From the IMG/VR virus record IMGVR_UViG_2906128962_000004, positions 1 through 64,000 of that record: DNA of 64,000 bases. The stretch is one strand, 5' to 3'. How positions within the stretch are numbered: the stretch's first letter is position 1; the number at the start of each line of letters is the position of its first letter. The translations under genes were made by a program, and so were the position numbers. The stretch comes from a virus (taxonomy: Duplodnaviria > Caudoviricetes). The notes beneath the pieces were generated by a model that made no database searches, was not told where the DNA came from, and saw only the letters and a list, made by a program, of their open reading frames with translations. Of the stretch, positions 45,873 to 54,455 are shown piece by piece.

Positions 45873-45934
45873 AATGAGTAAATATTTACTCATTTGGAAA
45901 GTGAGATCAAGAGACAAGAGTAAATATTTACTCT
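45873..45934. promoter_or_regulatory. Two perfect palindromic operators in a divergent promoter region
   Basis: AATGAGTAAATATTTACTCATT (45873-45894) and AGAGTAAATATTTACTCT (45917-45934). Confidence 0.7.
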
Positions 45935-45985
45935 AAATTAATGAGAGGATATGATGTGCACCACCAAAGACAGCAGGAAATCAGC

Positions 45986-46399
45986 ATGAAAGTGAACTAT
46001 GTGAGGAAAGGCACCGGCACACGCACAACGATAGTTATACCCGATCATCTATGCCAGCTATGGTTAGCAACCACGCCTTCTGATGCAGTAAAACGCGATA
46101 CGCAGCGCATTAAAGAGCGCCTGGAGCTGTTGGATGTACCCAGCGAAGGCGAACCATTCCAGCGCTTAGCTGAGTCTGCGCTGGTGGCTGATATTGAGGC
46201 ATACCAGGCCCGTTTGCTTGCCTCCGGCGAGCAGATGAAGGTCCGTGTTATTGATGCCCTGTTAGCGTGGCTACAGGGAGCCGTGGAGCCGACCGCCAGC
46301 GTGAATGATGTGTTTAAGGCGATTGAGCAATTTAAGTCTATTCCGTGGGAAATTGAGGAATCATTCGAAAGCTTGGAGAAACAGCGCTATCAATGTTGA
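45986..46399 (+). CDS. Hypothetical protein, possible RHH-type regulator
   Basis: AGGA RBS; RTTIVIPDHLCQLW N-terminus. Confidence 0.6.
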   Translation: MKVNYVRKGTGTRTTIVIPDHLCQLWLATTPSDAVKRDTQRIKERLELLDVPSEGEPFQRLAESALVADIEAYQARLLASGEQMKVRVIDALLAWLQGAVEPTASVNDVFKAIEQFKSIPWEIEESFESLEKQRYQC

Positions 46400-46457
46400 C
46401 CACATAAATTAAATGTCCCAGCATAGATTTCAAAACCGTATCGAGTGAGTAATAAGA

Positions 46458-47531
46458 ATGACAAAGGATAAAGGAACGCCGCTGCAAGGAGAAATCCAGG
46501 CGCTGATAGAAAACGGTCTCGATTTCCTCAATAAAGCGCGTAAAGAGCTGGAGGGTAAGCAATATAAACACTCAATCGTAAACTTCTGGACAGCGGTTGA
46601 GATCATGCTGAAAGTCCCTTTGGTTTACGAGCATTGGACTCTGGTTTGTAGCAAAAAAAATAAACCTAAAAAACAGGACTATCTTGATGGTGATTTTCAG
46701 TCTGTCACTTACGACGAAACACGGGATCTGTTTCGTTATGTGTTAGAAAAACCTATCAGTAAAGAGACACATGAAGCCTTTGATAAAGTCCGGAAACATC
46801 GTAATCGCGTCGTGCATTTTTACCATTCATCATTCACTGCTGCGGATTTGGATACAATTTTGAAAGAACAGGCGGATGCCTGGTTTGCGCTAAATCGCCT
46901 GATGAGGGATGAATGGCAATATATATTTGGGGACAACCACAAACACATTCTTGCTTCCGGTGAGACTCGTCTTCTGCAGGGGAGCAAGTTTTACTCCACA
47001 GCACGACTAAAACAGGTTGAGCCTGAGCTGAGAAAGCGGGAAAAGGAAGGTGCCGACATTCGGCGTTGTCCTGATTGTGGCCAGAACGCGGTTGTTAGCG
47101 AACCCATTCACACTGGCAATAGGCCGATCCCTGAACTTACAGTTGGTCGATGCTTCGTCTGTGAAAGTATTAACCGCGAAGTTCGTCTGCACTGCCTAGG
47201 TTGCGGAGAGCTAATCACATGTGACGAAGGTGACATGAGTATTGAATGTAATTCCTGCAAAAGTATGTTTGATCGGTACGAACTACTCGGTGATCATTTA
47301 TTTCAAAATGATGTTGAGGATGAATATTTACCGGCAGGTTGTACTAATTGTATGAGCGCTGATTCGGTAGCTAAGTTTGGTGATGGATATCTGTGTACAC
47401 GATGTCTGAATTTTTATAATCAAATGGCTATTTGTAACTTCTGTGATCATATGAGTGACGATGTTTCGGAATTCAGCCATCTCAAAGGATGTGATTTCTG
47501 TGAAGGTGACCAGCGATATCTTGATGATTAG
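46458..47531 (+). CDS. HEPN-domain protein with C-terminal multi-Zn-ribbon
   Basis: RNRVVH (R-x4-H) motif; about eight CxxC pairs. Confidence 0.75.
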   Translation: MTKDKGTPLQGEIQALIENGLDFLNKARKELEGKQYKHSIVNFWTAVEIMLKVPLVYEHWTLVCSKKNKPKKQDYLDGDFQSVTYDETRDLFRYVLEKPISKETHEAFDKVRKHRNRVVHFYHSSFTAADLDTILKEQADAWFALNRLMRDEWQYIFGDNHKHILASGETRLLQGSKFYSTARLKQVEPELRKREKEGADIRRCPDCGQNAVVSEPIHTGNRPIPELTVGRCFVCESINREVRLHCLGCGELITCDEGDMSIECNSCKSMFDRYELLGDHLFQNDVEDEYLPAGCTNCMSADSVAKFGDGYLCTRCLNFYNQMAICNFCDHMSDDVSEFSHLKGCDFCEGDQRYLDD

Positions 47532-47560
47532 AAATTGCTAAACGGGGGCCTACTGGCCTC

Positions 47561-47857
47561 CTAGCGGCATTTTGGACACCGGTTGTCGCAGAAATACGGA
47601 AAGCTGTTATCCAGCTCGTCCACCCAGCGCTTGTGATCGTAACAGTAGAAAACCTCCCACGGCAGACCATACTCAAACATCCATTCTTGGACCTGCGCTG
47701 TCATCGGTATTGGCGGGATCGTGCTCTGGTTGGTGCTGTAGCAATTTAAGCGTTCTTCTGCCTCACGCAGCTGGCGCTCAAGGCTCGCTATTTGTTGGCG
47801 CATTAGCCGCCGTTCTCTCAGCATTTTGAAGTAAATGCTCTCATCAGTAACCGCCAT
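47561..47857 (-). CDS. Small Zn-binding protein, paralog of next gene
   Basis: PWEVFYCYDHKRWVDEL...CPKC. Confidence 0.65.
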   Translation of the reverse strand: MAVTDESIYFKMLRERRLMRQQIASLERQLREAEERLNCYSTNQSTIPPIPMTAQVQEWMFEYGLPWEVFYCYDHKRWVDELDNSFPYFCDNRCPKCR

Positions 47858-48140
47858 CTTCCCCCCTACATCCCGGACACGTCCCGTAGGTATCGTGCGG
47901 GAAGCTACTACACAACTCATCAAGCCAGCGTTCGTGCTCATAGCACCAAAAAACCTCCCACGGAACCCTGTGCTTTTTCATCAGAGCCATCAGGTTTGTC
48001 GGCATATCTGCCGGTTGGCATTCTTCAGGAAGCAGTTGCCCGGACAGCTGCATTTCCATGCGCTGCAGCTGGCGCACAAGTTCTGCATTATCCCTTTCCA
48101 GTTGCTCACATTTGGCCTGGAGTTCAGCTTTAGTTGGCAT
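47844..48140 (-). CDS. Small Zn-binding coiled-coil protein
   Basis: PWEVFWCYEHERWLDEL...CPGC. Confidence 0.7.
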   Translation of the reverse strand: MPTKAELQAKCEQLERDNAELVRQLQRMEMQLSGQLLPEECQPADMPTNLMALMKKHRVPWEVFWCYEHERWLDELCSSFPHDTYGTCPGCRGEDGGY

Positions 48141-48147
48141 AATTCCC

Positions 48148-48477
48148 CTAAATTACGGGAAGCTCATCAGTCACAGCATTTAATGCGGAGTTGATGAGGA
48201 ATGTAACGACTCCCATGACCGTTACATCATCAAGAGCATCCCCTTCAATGGCTTCGCCGTCGTCGGTTATCAACGCTTTCCCCATTACACGTGCAAAGTG
48301 AGTACGACCGCAGAATGAGATCAGCACCAGGTTGCTCTGTTTTGGCTTAAATGAGCGGTTAACAACGGCGTAGCCGGTCGATGTTTGTATGGTCAAACAG
48401 TTCGCATCGTTATGGCAAATATCGTCTACGGTAAGACGCCGTTCGACATAATCGTTTGCTGGTGATGGAAAGCCCAC
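48148..48477 (-). CDS. UmuD'-like (HumD-type) protein lacking propeptide and catalytic Ser segment
   Basis: GAGG RBS then GTG start giving MGFPSPANDYVERR; ends VMGVVTFLIN. Confidence 0.75.
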   Translation of the reverse strand: MGFPSPANDYVERRLTVDDICHNDANCLTIQTSTGYAVVNRSFKPKQSNLVLISFCGRTHFARVMGKALITDDGEAIEGDALDDVTVMGVVTFLINSALNAVTDELPVI

Positions 48478-48497
48478 GGGAATACCTCGCGCAATAA

Positions 48498-48517
48498 TAC
48501 TGGTTATGCGTACAGTA
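48498..48517. promoter_or_regulatory. LexA (SOS) box
   Basis: TACTG-GTTATGCGTA-CAGTA fits CTG-N10-CAG, 20 bp upstream of the umuD'-like start. Confidence 0.8.
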
Positions 48518-48548
48518 TTATTGCGCAGGGGCATGGTGTCAATTCCGG

Positions 48549-48863
48549 TCACATACGATATTTCTTGGTTATGTGCTCCATAGTACGATCAATGACATGT
48601 ACAAGGCATTTTGCGTCCTGTGTATCAGCCAGCTGAGGGTTGCCGTTCTTTACCTCATACTGAAGCGGTGCTTTGACAATGTTCAGTACATCGAGCGCGC
48701 GCTGCGGATCATCCTCATGAATCATCAGCTCCGCCAGCTCCAGCTGTTGCGCAGCGATCAGGTCGGTAATTTCCTGCTGGTGGCCCACCAGCATTTGCTG
48801 CAGCCGGTGCGCATGACGTGCCAGCAATTCTTCACGCTTACTCATCTTATTTATCCTCCCCAC
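48549..48863 (-). CDS. Hypothetical protein
   Basis: ~100 aa helical ORF in operon. Confidence 0.6.
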   Translation of the reverse strand: MGRINKMSKREELLARHAHRLQQMLVGHQQEITDLIAAQQLELAELMIHEDDPQRALDVLNIVKAPLQYEVKNGNPQLADTQDAKCLVHVIDRTMEHITKKYRM

Positions 48864-49635
48864 AACCTACTTTCTGAGGCTCCGCCAGAAAAGCAAGGCA
48901 CAAACTGGCCCAGGTATCTTTAGCGTAATCTGATGCCTCGATATCTTTGCGTGAAGTAACTCGCCATTGTCCATTCTCGTTCAACCGTCGGTATATTTTG
49001 GTACCGACATTTTCGATCTCAGGTACGTGTCTAAGGCAAAGACGACGTTGTAGTATCGCCTCCCCTGCAGCTATGTTGACGTAGGCCCATGGATTAAAAT
49101 AACGCGTTGAATACAACCCACCGGCTTCTGGTCTTGCCATAGATACGCGCTGCGGTTTCACTCCTGACCTCTCCAGTGCCTCAGCCAAATGTCTGCCCAG
49201 CCCCTCTTCAGCAATAACAACATGCCAGACATTTTGTTTAATCCGGGACAGTACCTCTTCTTCGGTTAGATGCTCACCAATATCAACCACAATAAAGCGT
49301 CTTTCGTTCATTTCTCCAGATATGCGGAAAAGAGAAAAATTGATACCTGAAAGGCGACTGCTATAACTACAGCAAGCTACCAGCTGTGAAGTAGCCCATT
49401 CAAAATTGACCACGGATGTATTGCTCTGCTTTGCCTCGTTAAGTTCAGTTTCGGTGTATAACGGCACCCTTAAAGTATTTAACCCGGACGGAACTATTCC
49501 ACGCTTTAGCAATGTGCTACTTAATTTTGCTCTCAGTTGCTGTGTATTCTGGTATTTAATTGCTGTATCAAATAGAGCGTTTACCAGGTCCCGATAAAGA
49601 TGCGGTGGTAACGGGTATAAGTCTAAGTTAGGCAT
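48847..49635 (-). CDS. Fusion of an Eaa-like N-domain with a degenerate terminase nuclease-domain paralog
   Basis: C-terminal ~175 aa is colinear with this window's PacB C-domain (see findings). Confidence 0.75.
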   Translation of the reverse strand: MPNLDLYPLPPHLYRDLVNALFDTAIKYQNTQQLRAKLSSTLLKRGIVPSGLNTLRVPLYTETELNEAKQSNTSVVNFEWATSQLVACCSYSSRLSGINFSLFRISGEMNERRFIVVDIGEHLTEEEVLSRIKQNVWHVVIAEEGLGRHLAEALERSGVKPQRVSMARPEAGGLYSTRYFNPWAYVNIAAGEAILQRRLCLRHVPEIENVGTKIYRRLNENGQWRVTSRKDIEASDYAKDTWASLCLAFLAEPQKVGCGEDK

Positions 49636-49909
49636 TGATATTCACCTTAATTGCAAACACCTTCACCGGCTCGGCACCAAAGTGAGGATGAGTTATTGTC
49701 TCGATGTCATAGCCGTCATACGGAACAACTATGCGCCGATCCGCGTCGTCTTTGCGTGGATAGCCCCTAGTAATAATCAGGCGGTCATATGAGCGTCCAA
49801 CCAGCCGCTTAGTCCAATAGTCAGTAAACAAACGGTACTCTTTGGGTTTTTCTCCACGCTTCATAGCGTCAAAATATTCGCCGTTCACCGCCAGGTGGAG
49901 ATCAGCCAT
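49628..49909 (-). CDS. ASCH/PUA-like domain protein
   Basis: LHLAVNGEYFDAMKRGEKPKEYR...YW. Confidence 0.75.
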   Translation of the reverse strand: MADLHLAVNGEYFDAMKRGEKPKEYRLFTDYWTKRLVGRSYDRLIITRGYPRKDDADRRIVVPYDGYDIETITHPHFGAEPVKVFAIKVNINA

Positions 49910-50138
49910 TCTTTTTATACCGGTTGTATGCACCACGTACTAGGTGAATAACTTTTTCTACTACAATCCAGAGAAGCAGAATTGGAATGAGCACAAACCA
50001 AAACAAAGCGAATAATAGCGCTTCTTTTGGATTCCTTTCTAGGCCACATTCCTCATCCTGTTTTAGCGAATAGAAATACATGCCAATAAATCCCAGAAAA
50101 TAAATAACCAGAATAGATAAATAAACGTGAATATTCAT
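49902..50138 (-). CDS. Small two-TM membrane protein
   Basis: YLSILVIYFLGFIGMYFY and ALLFALFWFVLIPILLLWIV. Confidence 0.7.
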   Translation of the reverse strand: MNIHVYLSILVIYFLGFIGMYFYSLKQDEECGLERNPKEALLFALFWFVLIPILLLWIVVEKVIHLVRGAYNRYKKNG

Positions 50139-50965
50139 TTCCCCTCCGAAGTAATGGCGCTTGCACATTTATCACACCAAAAATAGGCCCAACCATTAAA
50201 GTTCAAGCGGTAAGAATCACCATGGCATCGAGGGCATTGAACCAAAACACCACCAGCAACAATGGCTTCGCGAGATGGGGAATCAATGTTTGTAGACTCA
50301 CGTATGCTGCGTTTGTTTATCTCATCTGGCGATGCCGCTCTCCAAAGCATATGGGGGTCGGATAATAATACTTCTTTATCTCGCGCCAGTGTCTTACAAC
50401 GGTCCACCAGCGATTGTGCAGTGACAGTTAGAGAGCGGATTTCTCCCGGGGCATCATTGCCAGATATAATAACGGCCAGGCGCTTTAGCATCCTGCGATC
50501 TTCACTTTCAGGCGTTGGCTGAGGCTGGCTTTTATTCAGTGAATATTCAGCCAATTTAGCATTCACATCTAGCTCTTCTTTGAGCATATTGAGATGCGTT
50601 TCTTCCACACTGAATTTAGGTACAGAGCGAAGCTCACCGCATATCATACGGTGCTCATAATCAATGATTTCAGGAGATTGTTCTACCGGCGCTGGCGTGC
50701 TGGTGTAGAGCGGAGCGATATTTCTTTCTAGGTCGGTAATTACGCTCCATATTGGAATAGATTCAACACCCTGCATAGCCATGCTTCGGTAGCGGTCCGC
50801 ATAAGCTAATACAGGATTTTCCCGTGTATCGGTGCCCAGCGCTGCCAGTGCGATTTTATTAATTTCCGCATCAAGCCGCGCAGTGTGCGACTTCGGGTGT
50901 ATTGCCGCCAAATGAATGACCGCTTTTACGCGCTCAATTAACTGCTCTTTGGTAAATGTGGTCAT
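50135..50965 (-). CDS. Eaa-like mosaic protein
   Basis: MTTFTKEQLIE...EIALAAL-type N-terminus, PLYT motif, C-terminal CxxC pairs. Confidence 0.7.
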   Translation of the reverse strand: MTTFTKEQLIERVKAVIHLAAIHPKSHTARLDAEINKIALAALGTDTRENPVLAYADRYRSMAMQGVESIPIWSVITDLERNIAPLYTSTPAPVEQSPEIIDYEHRMICGELRSVPKFSVEETHLNMLKEELDVNAKLAEYSLNKSQPQPTPESEDRRMLKRLAVIISGNDAPGEIRSLTVTAQSLVDRCKTLARDKEVLLSDPHMLWRAASPDEINKRSIRESTNIDSPSREAIVAGGVLVQCPRCHGDSYRLNFNGWAYFWCDKCASAITSEGK

Positions 50966-51312
50966 GGCTGAGAATCCTCAATTACTAAATACTTTATGTT
51001 CCGCTTAAGTGCGCGCCGTGCCTCACCAGCTTCAATTAGTTCCGACACTAACCTTCGAAGGTTTTCCGCCTCTTCTGGTTGTTTTTCAGTAGCCTGTGCA
51101 ATTCCTTTTTTTAAACAGTCCATCCGATAATCTAAGGCGTTCAAAATATCTATCGACGGCAACTGGATGCCAGGAACGGCCTGATTGGTGTCTTTATTCA
51201 CAGGGGATAGTTCCATTTCGTTGGCTCTGTTCTGGTTCATGCCCGGTACTCTTGGTGGTGAATTCGGACGAGTGACTTTACCTGGCGTCGGGTTTGGTTC
51301 TTTTCTGCTCAT
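50962..51312 (-). CDS. Hypothetical protein
   Basis: 116 aa, ATGA coupling. Confidence 0.6.
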   Translation of the reverse strand: MSRKEPNPTPGKVTRPNSPPRVPGMNQNRANEMELSPVNKDTNQAVPGIQLPSIDILNALDYRMDCLKKGIAQATEKQPEEAENLRRLVSELIEAGEARRALKRNIKYLVIEDSQP

Positions 51313-51653
51313 TGTTCTGGCTCACCCTGCCCATTCATTGCTTTCGCTACCGGTGCGGCATAAAGCTCGCTAACTCTCTCCCACTGATTAAACTTTCTGG
51401 TGAATTGAATTTGACCAAAAGGAATGCCGCCATTGTGTGATGTGATATTTGTGACAATCGCTATTGGTTCGCTACTATCTTTACGGCGTTCCTGTAGCTC
51501 GCTTGCGGCTGCGCCACATAACATAAGCAGGTCAGCCATATTTTCTGCCTCTTTCTCCGGTCGCTGGCGGTAAAACGATAAGGCGCTCATGATCCTTAAT
51601 TGCAGCATGACGACCTGCTCGTCGGTTAATTCGCTATTGTTCATACATTCCAC
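51309..51653 (-). CDS. Eaa-like hypothetical protein
   Basis: ELQERRK...ELYAAP motifs. Confidence 0.6.
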   Translation of the reverse strand: MECMNNSELTDEQVVMLQLRIMSALSFYRQRPEKEAENMADLLMLCGAAASELQERRKDSSEPIAIVTNITSHNGGIPFGQIQFTRKFNQWERVSELYAAPVAKAMNGQGEPEQ

Positions 51654-51862
51654 TCCTTACCGCATGACCGGCAGGTAATTACACCGTCCTCATTATCTAG
51701 TGCACCATGACCGCACTTATTTCTCTCAGCATCGAGTGAGGCCAGCGCTATACGCGCCAGCTCTTCCGCTTCTTCTGCTGGCAGCACAATGTTGCTACCA
51801 GGTCCGTATGTTTCGCGCCAAGATTGAATTTTTAGAAGACGTTCTCTGGTAATCGTTGTCAT
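51641..51862 (-). CDS. Eaa1-like protein
   Basis: MTTITRERLLKIQSWRETYGPGSNIVLPAEEAEELARIALASL. Confidence 0.75.
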   Translation of the reverse strand: MTTITRERLLKIQSWRETYGPGSNIVLPAEEAEELARIALASLDAERNKCGHGALDNEDGVITCRSCGKEWNV

Positions 51863-51872
51863 GAATTACCCC

Positions 51873-52070
51873 TCAACCTTCCTCAATCGGCTTAATGCTG
51901 TCCAACTTCAGACGACGCTTCGTATGCGGTGCACCGATGCGGCGACCAGTAAATTTGTCGTATGTTTCTCTGGGACCAGCGCACCAGGTTGTTGCTGTCT
52001 CACGCAATTTGATGCGCTTATTTCCGTCTTTGGTGACGACTTCACCGGTGTGGGTTTTTGGTTGGCTCAT
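51873..52070 (-). CDS. Hypothetical protein
   Basis: 65 aa, GAGG RBS; TYDKFTGRRIG motif. Confidence 0.65.
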   Translation of the reverse strand: MSQPKTHTGEVVTKDGNKRIKLRETATTWCAGPRETYDKFTGRRIGAPHTKRRLKLDSIKPIEEG

Positions 52071-52792
52071 TAGGCCTCCTGTCGTAGCTGGGTGGCGAAC
52101 GTATGCAGCAGGTGTTTTACAACACCGGTTGAGGCGATGGTGTCTATGCTCAGAACTTCTTGGATAGCCATCTCAACGCCCTGAGCTTTGATAGCCCTAA
52201 TGGCAGAATTCAGCGCCGGTGTTTTTCGGTTTTGGATCAGAGTGGAGAACGCGAGCTGCAGGCCCACGTCAGGTAAGGCGGTACTCTTCAGAGCATCAAG
52301 AGCAAGCAGCATCGCGACGGAGTTATGTTGCGGAACATGCTTTAGCGCTGCACCTTCAACCACCAGCTGCTTGAGGTGCTCTTGCAAATCAACACCGTCA
52401 GGACAACCAGAATTGGTTTTGGCTTCGCGTATGGTGTTTAACGCCGCGTCTAACTGGCCATGAACATTGGATCGCACCCATAGGCATTCTGGGCCGTCTT
52501 CACTTTCATATATTGCGGCGATAAACCATCCATCGCCGCCAGGCGCTTCCGGTTCCCAGGTCGTAAAGGATGCTGTCGAAGCATATTCGCGCGCAGCGGC
52601 CGTATCCGGTTCCTGGTCAAATTGACTGATGGCATATTCAAGCCCGTGAGCGGTTAACCAGTTTTCTAACTCCGGGTAGCTGATCCATTCGCGACCAGCG
52701 CAAAAAGCTGTGTAGGCTGGATGATAGTAAGAGCCGTCGTTATTACGAACCACCAGCTCGGGAAACATGGCCATCAGTTTTGGAGCGTTCAC
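52070..52792 (-). CDS. Ead/Ea22-like mosaic protein
   Basis: VVRNNDGSYYHP...WEPEAPGGDGWFIAAIYESEDGP. Confidence 0.65.
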   Translation of the reverse strand: MNAPKLMAMFPELVVRNNDGSYYHPAYTAFCAGREWISYPELENWLTAHGLEYAISQFDQEPDTAAAREYASTASFTTWEPEAPGGDGWFIAAIYESEDGPECLWVRSNVHGQLDAALNTIREAKTNSGCPDGVDLQEHLKQLVVEGAALKHVPQHNSVAMLLALDALKSTALPDVGLQLAFSTLIQNRKTPALNSAIRAIKAQGVEMAIQEVLSIDTIASTGVVKHLLHTFATQLRQEA

Positions 52793-53076
52793 AATGACAC
52801 CCTCCGCTGCTGCACGCGGCCCAGTAATGAGTTCAATAAAGCCTGGTTAGGGCTACCAAAAACAGCCGTGTTCTCAAGAAGCTGGTAGTGATTGCAACCA
52901 TTGATTCGCTTACTTTCGACAACTCTTGCCACAACCATTTTTCTCAGCTTCGTACGGACACCGTTAATCGTGGCGCCAATATGTTTTTGAACATCAATGA
53001 CCGTGGCGCCAGGGTTGGCTGACAGGAAGCTAACTACTTCATCATCATCTATAAACTTTCGTGACATAGTTTTCAC
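52789..53076 (-). CDS. Winged-helix DNA-binding protein
   Basis: VSFLSANPGATVIDVQKHIG...YQL. Confidence 0.6.
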   Translation of the reverse strand: MKTMSRKFIDDDEVVSFLSANPGATVIDVQKHIGATINGVRTKLRKMVVARVVESKRINGCNHYQLLENTAVFGSPNQALLNSLLGRVQQRRVSL

Positions 53077-53077
53077 C

Positions 53078-53416
53078 TTATGAATTGGCCGTAGTCAGAG
53101 CCTGAGCGACAGTTACCCCACCCAGGTTGTGCAGAATGGTTTTGAACAGCACGCTTTTATGGCCCTGCTCATTCATTCCGACCGCCTTCAGCAGCTCCAC
53201 CAGCTTGATTTCACTTAATGGGCGGGTTAGTTCGTATCCGCCACCAGGTCCGCGCGTTGAGCGAACCATTCCGCCCCTACGCAGCGCCGCGGCCAGATGC
53301 TCTAATGAGCTGAGGGATATACCTTTTTGCTCTGCTACCGTACCGAGCGATATTCGGCCTTCCGAAATTGATGCCAATAGCTCCATCGCTACACTGTGTT
53401 TGTCTGAAATATTCAT
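53078..53416 (-). CDS. Rrf2-family (IscR/NsrR-like) transcription regulator
   Basis: ISLSSLEHLAAALRRGGMVRSTRGPGGGYELTRPLSEIKLVELLKAV. Confidence 0.85.
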   Translation of the reverse strand: MNISDKHSVAMELLASISEGRISLGTVAEQKGISLSSLEHLAAALRRGGMVRSTRGPGGGYELTRPLSEIKLVELLKAVGMNEQGHKSVLFKTILHNLGGVTVAQALTTANS

Positions 53417-53498
53417 ACTGTTCCCTACTCAGCTATTAAATCGCGCCGGTGTTTATGCGGCGTACTATAGAAATCAATTCAAAATACTAATTGTGTGC

Positions 53499-54455
53499 TT
53501 ATTTATTGAGAGCTGAAAAAATATTGCGCGCGACAGCTTCCCACGTAAAACCTGCAACCTTTTCAGCATTTGCTTTGCGATCAACAGCGACCAGCACTTT
53601 GGCCCAGTCGATTTTTGAAGTTATGACCTGGTGGTTCACCAACTCCAGGCGGTCAGGAGCAATGCAACGATCGGGAGTTAGTACCAGTGCGCCGCACATC
53701 GAGGCTTCCAGGACTGTGAGGCCCAGGCTTTCCGGATGCGTTACGATAAAAATATCTGCCTGGCGCAGTTCGGCGGCGAACTCGGTAGCTGGTACTCCAT
53801 TGCGACGATATGGCTTCAGATTAATGTTCTCCGGATCAACGTCAGTTAAGCCATCATCCGTTAGCGTTCTGGCCACAAATGATATGCCCATGGCTGAGAG
53901 CTGGCGGAGATTCATCATAATGGTCAGTGAATGGTCAAAACCGGAAACATCGAACGCAGCATGATCGATGAAGACACGCAACTGGCCGTGTTCTTTCTTT
54001 TCTGGGTAAAAGAGAGAGCTATCAGCTGCCCAGCCGACATATTTGTTATAGCGCTGGTGGCGATCCAAACGATGCTTATCGCCTTGGAATTTCCAGGTGT
54101 CGTCACGAACGGTGAACGTTAAATCCACCGGCGCGCTGTCCAGTAGAGATCCGTCATAGATCTGAGTTACTGGCACACCTGCAAGATTGCGTAAGCGTTC
54201 CCCGATAGTAAGCGGTATCCGTGTAAAATCTCGTACTCCAGGCGACAGAATGGCCGCTGGGGTAGTGCTTTTAACCAGACTGATAACGCTATCAGCAAAA
54301 GCTATCGGGTCTTCATCAGGCGTATACCCGTGGTGAAATACCAGCTCGACACCAAGCGATTGAAAGGCTGAGCATAGATGATACATCCACATGTCGCTGT
54401 AGCATTTCACATCTTCCAGGGAATTCTTCTGCGTTCCAATGATGAGCAGTTTCAC
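53499..54455 (-). CDS. GT-B fold glycosyltransferase (GT4-like)
   Basis: ELRQADIFIVTHPESLGLTVLEASMCGALVL = E-x7-E signature. Confidence 0.8.
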   Translation of the reverse strand: MKLLIIGTQKNSLEDVKCYSDMWMYHLCSAFQSLGVELVFHHGYTPDEDPIAFADSVISLVKSTTPAAILSPGVRDFTRIPLTIGERLRNLAGVPVTQIYDGSLLDSAPVDLTFTVRDDTWKFQGDKHRLDRHQRYNKYVGWAADSSLFYPEKKEHGQLRVFIDHAAFDVSGFDHSLTIMMNLRQLSAMGISFVARTLTDDGLTDVDPENINLKPYRRNGVPATEFAAELRQADIFIVTHPESLGLTVLEASMCGALVLTPDRCIAPDRLELVNHQVITSKIDWAKVLVAVDRKANAEKVAGFTWEAVARNIFSALNK

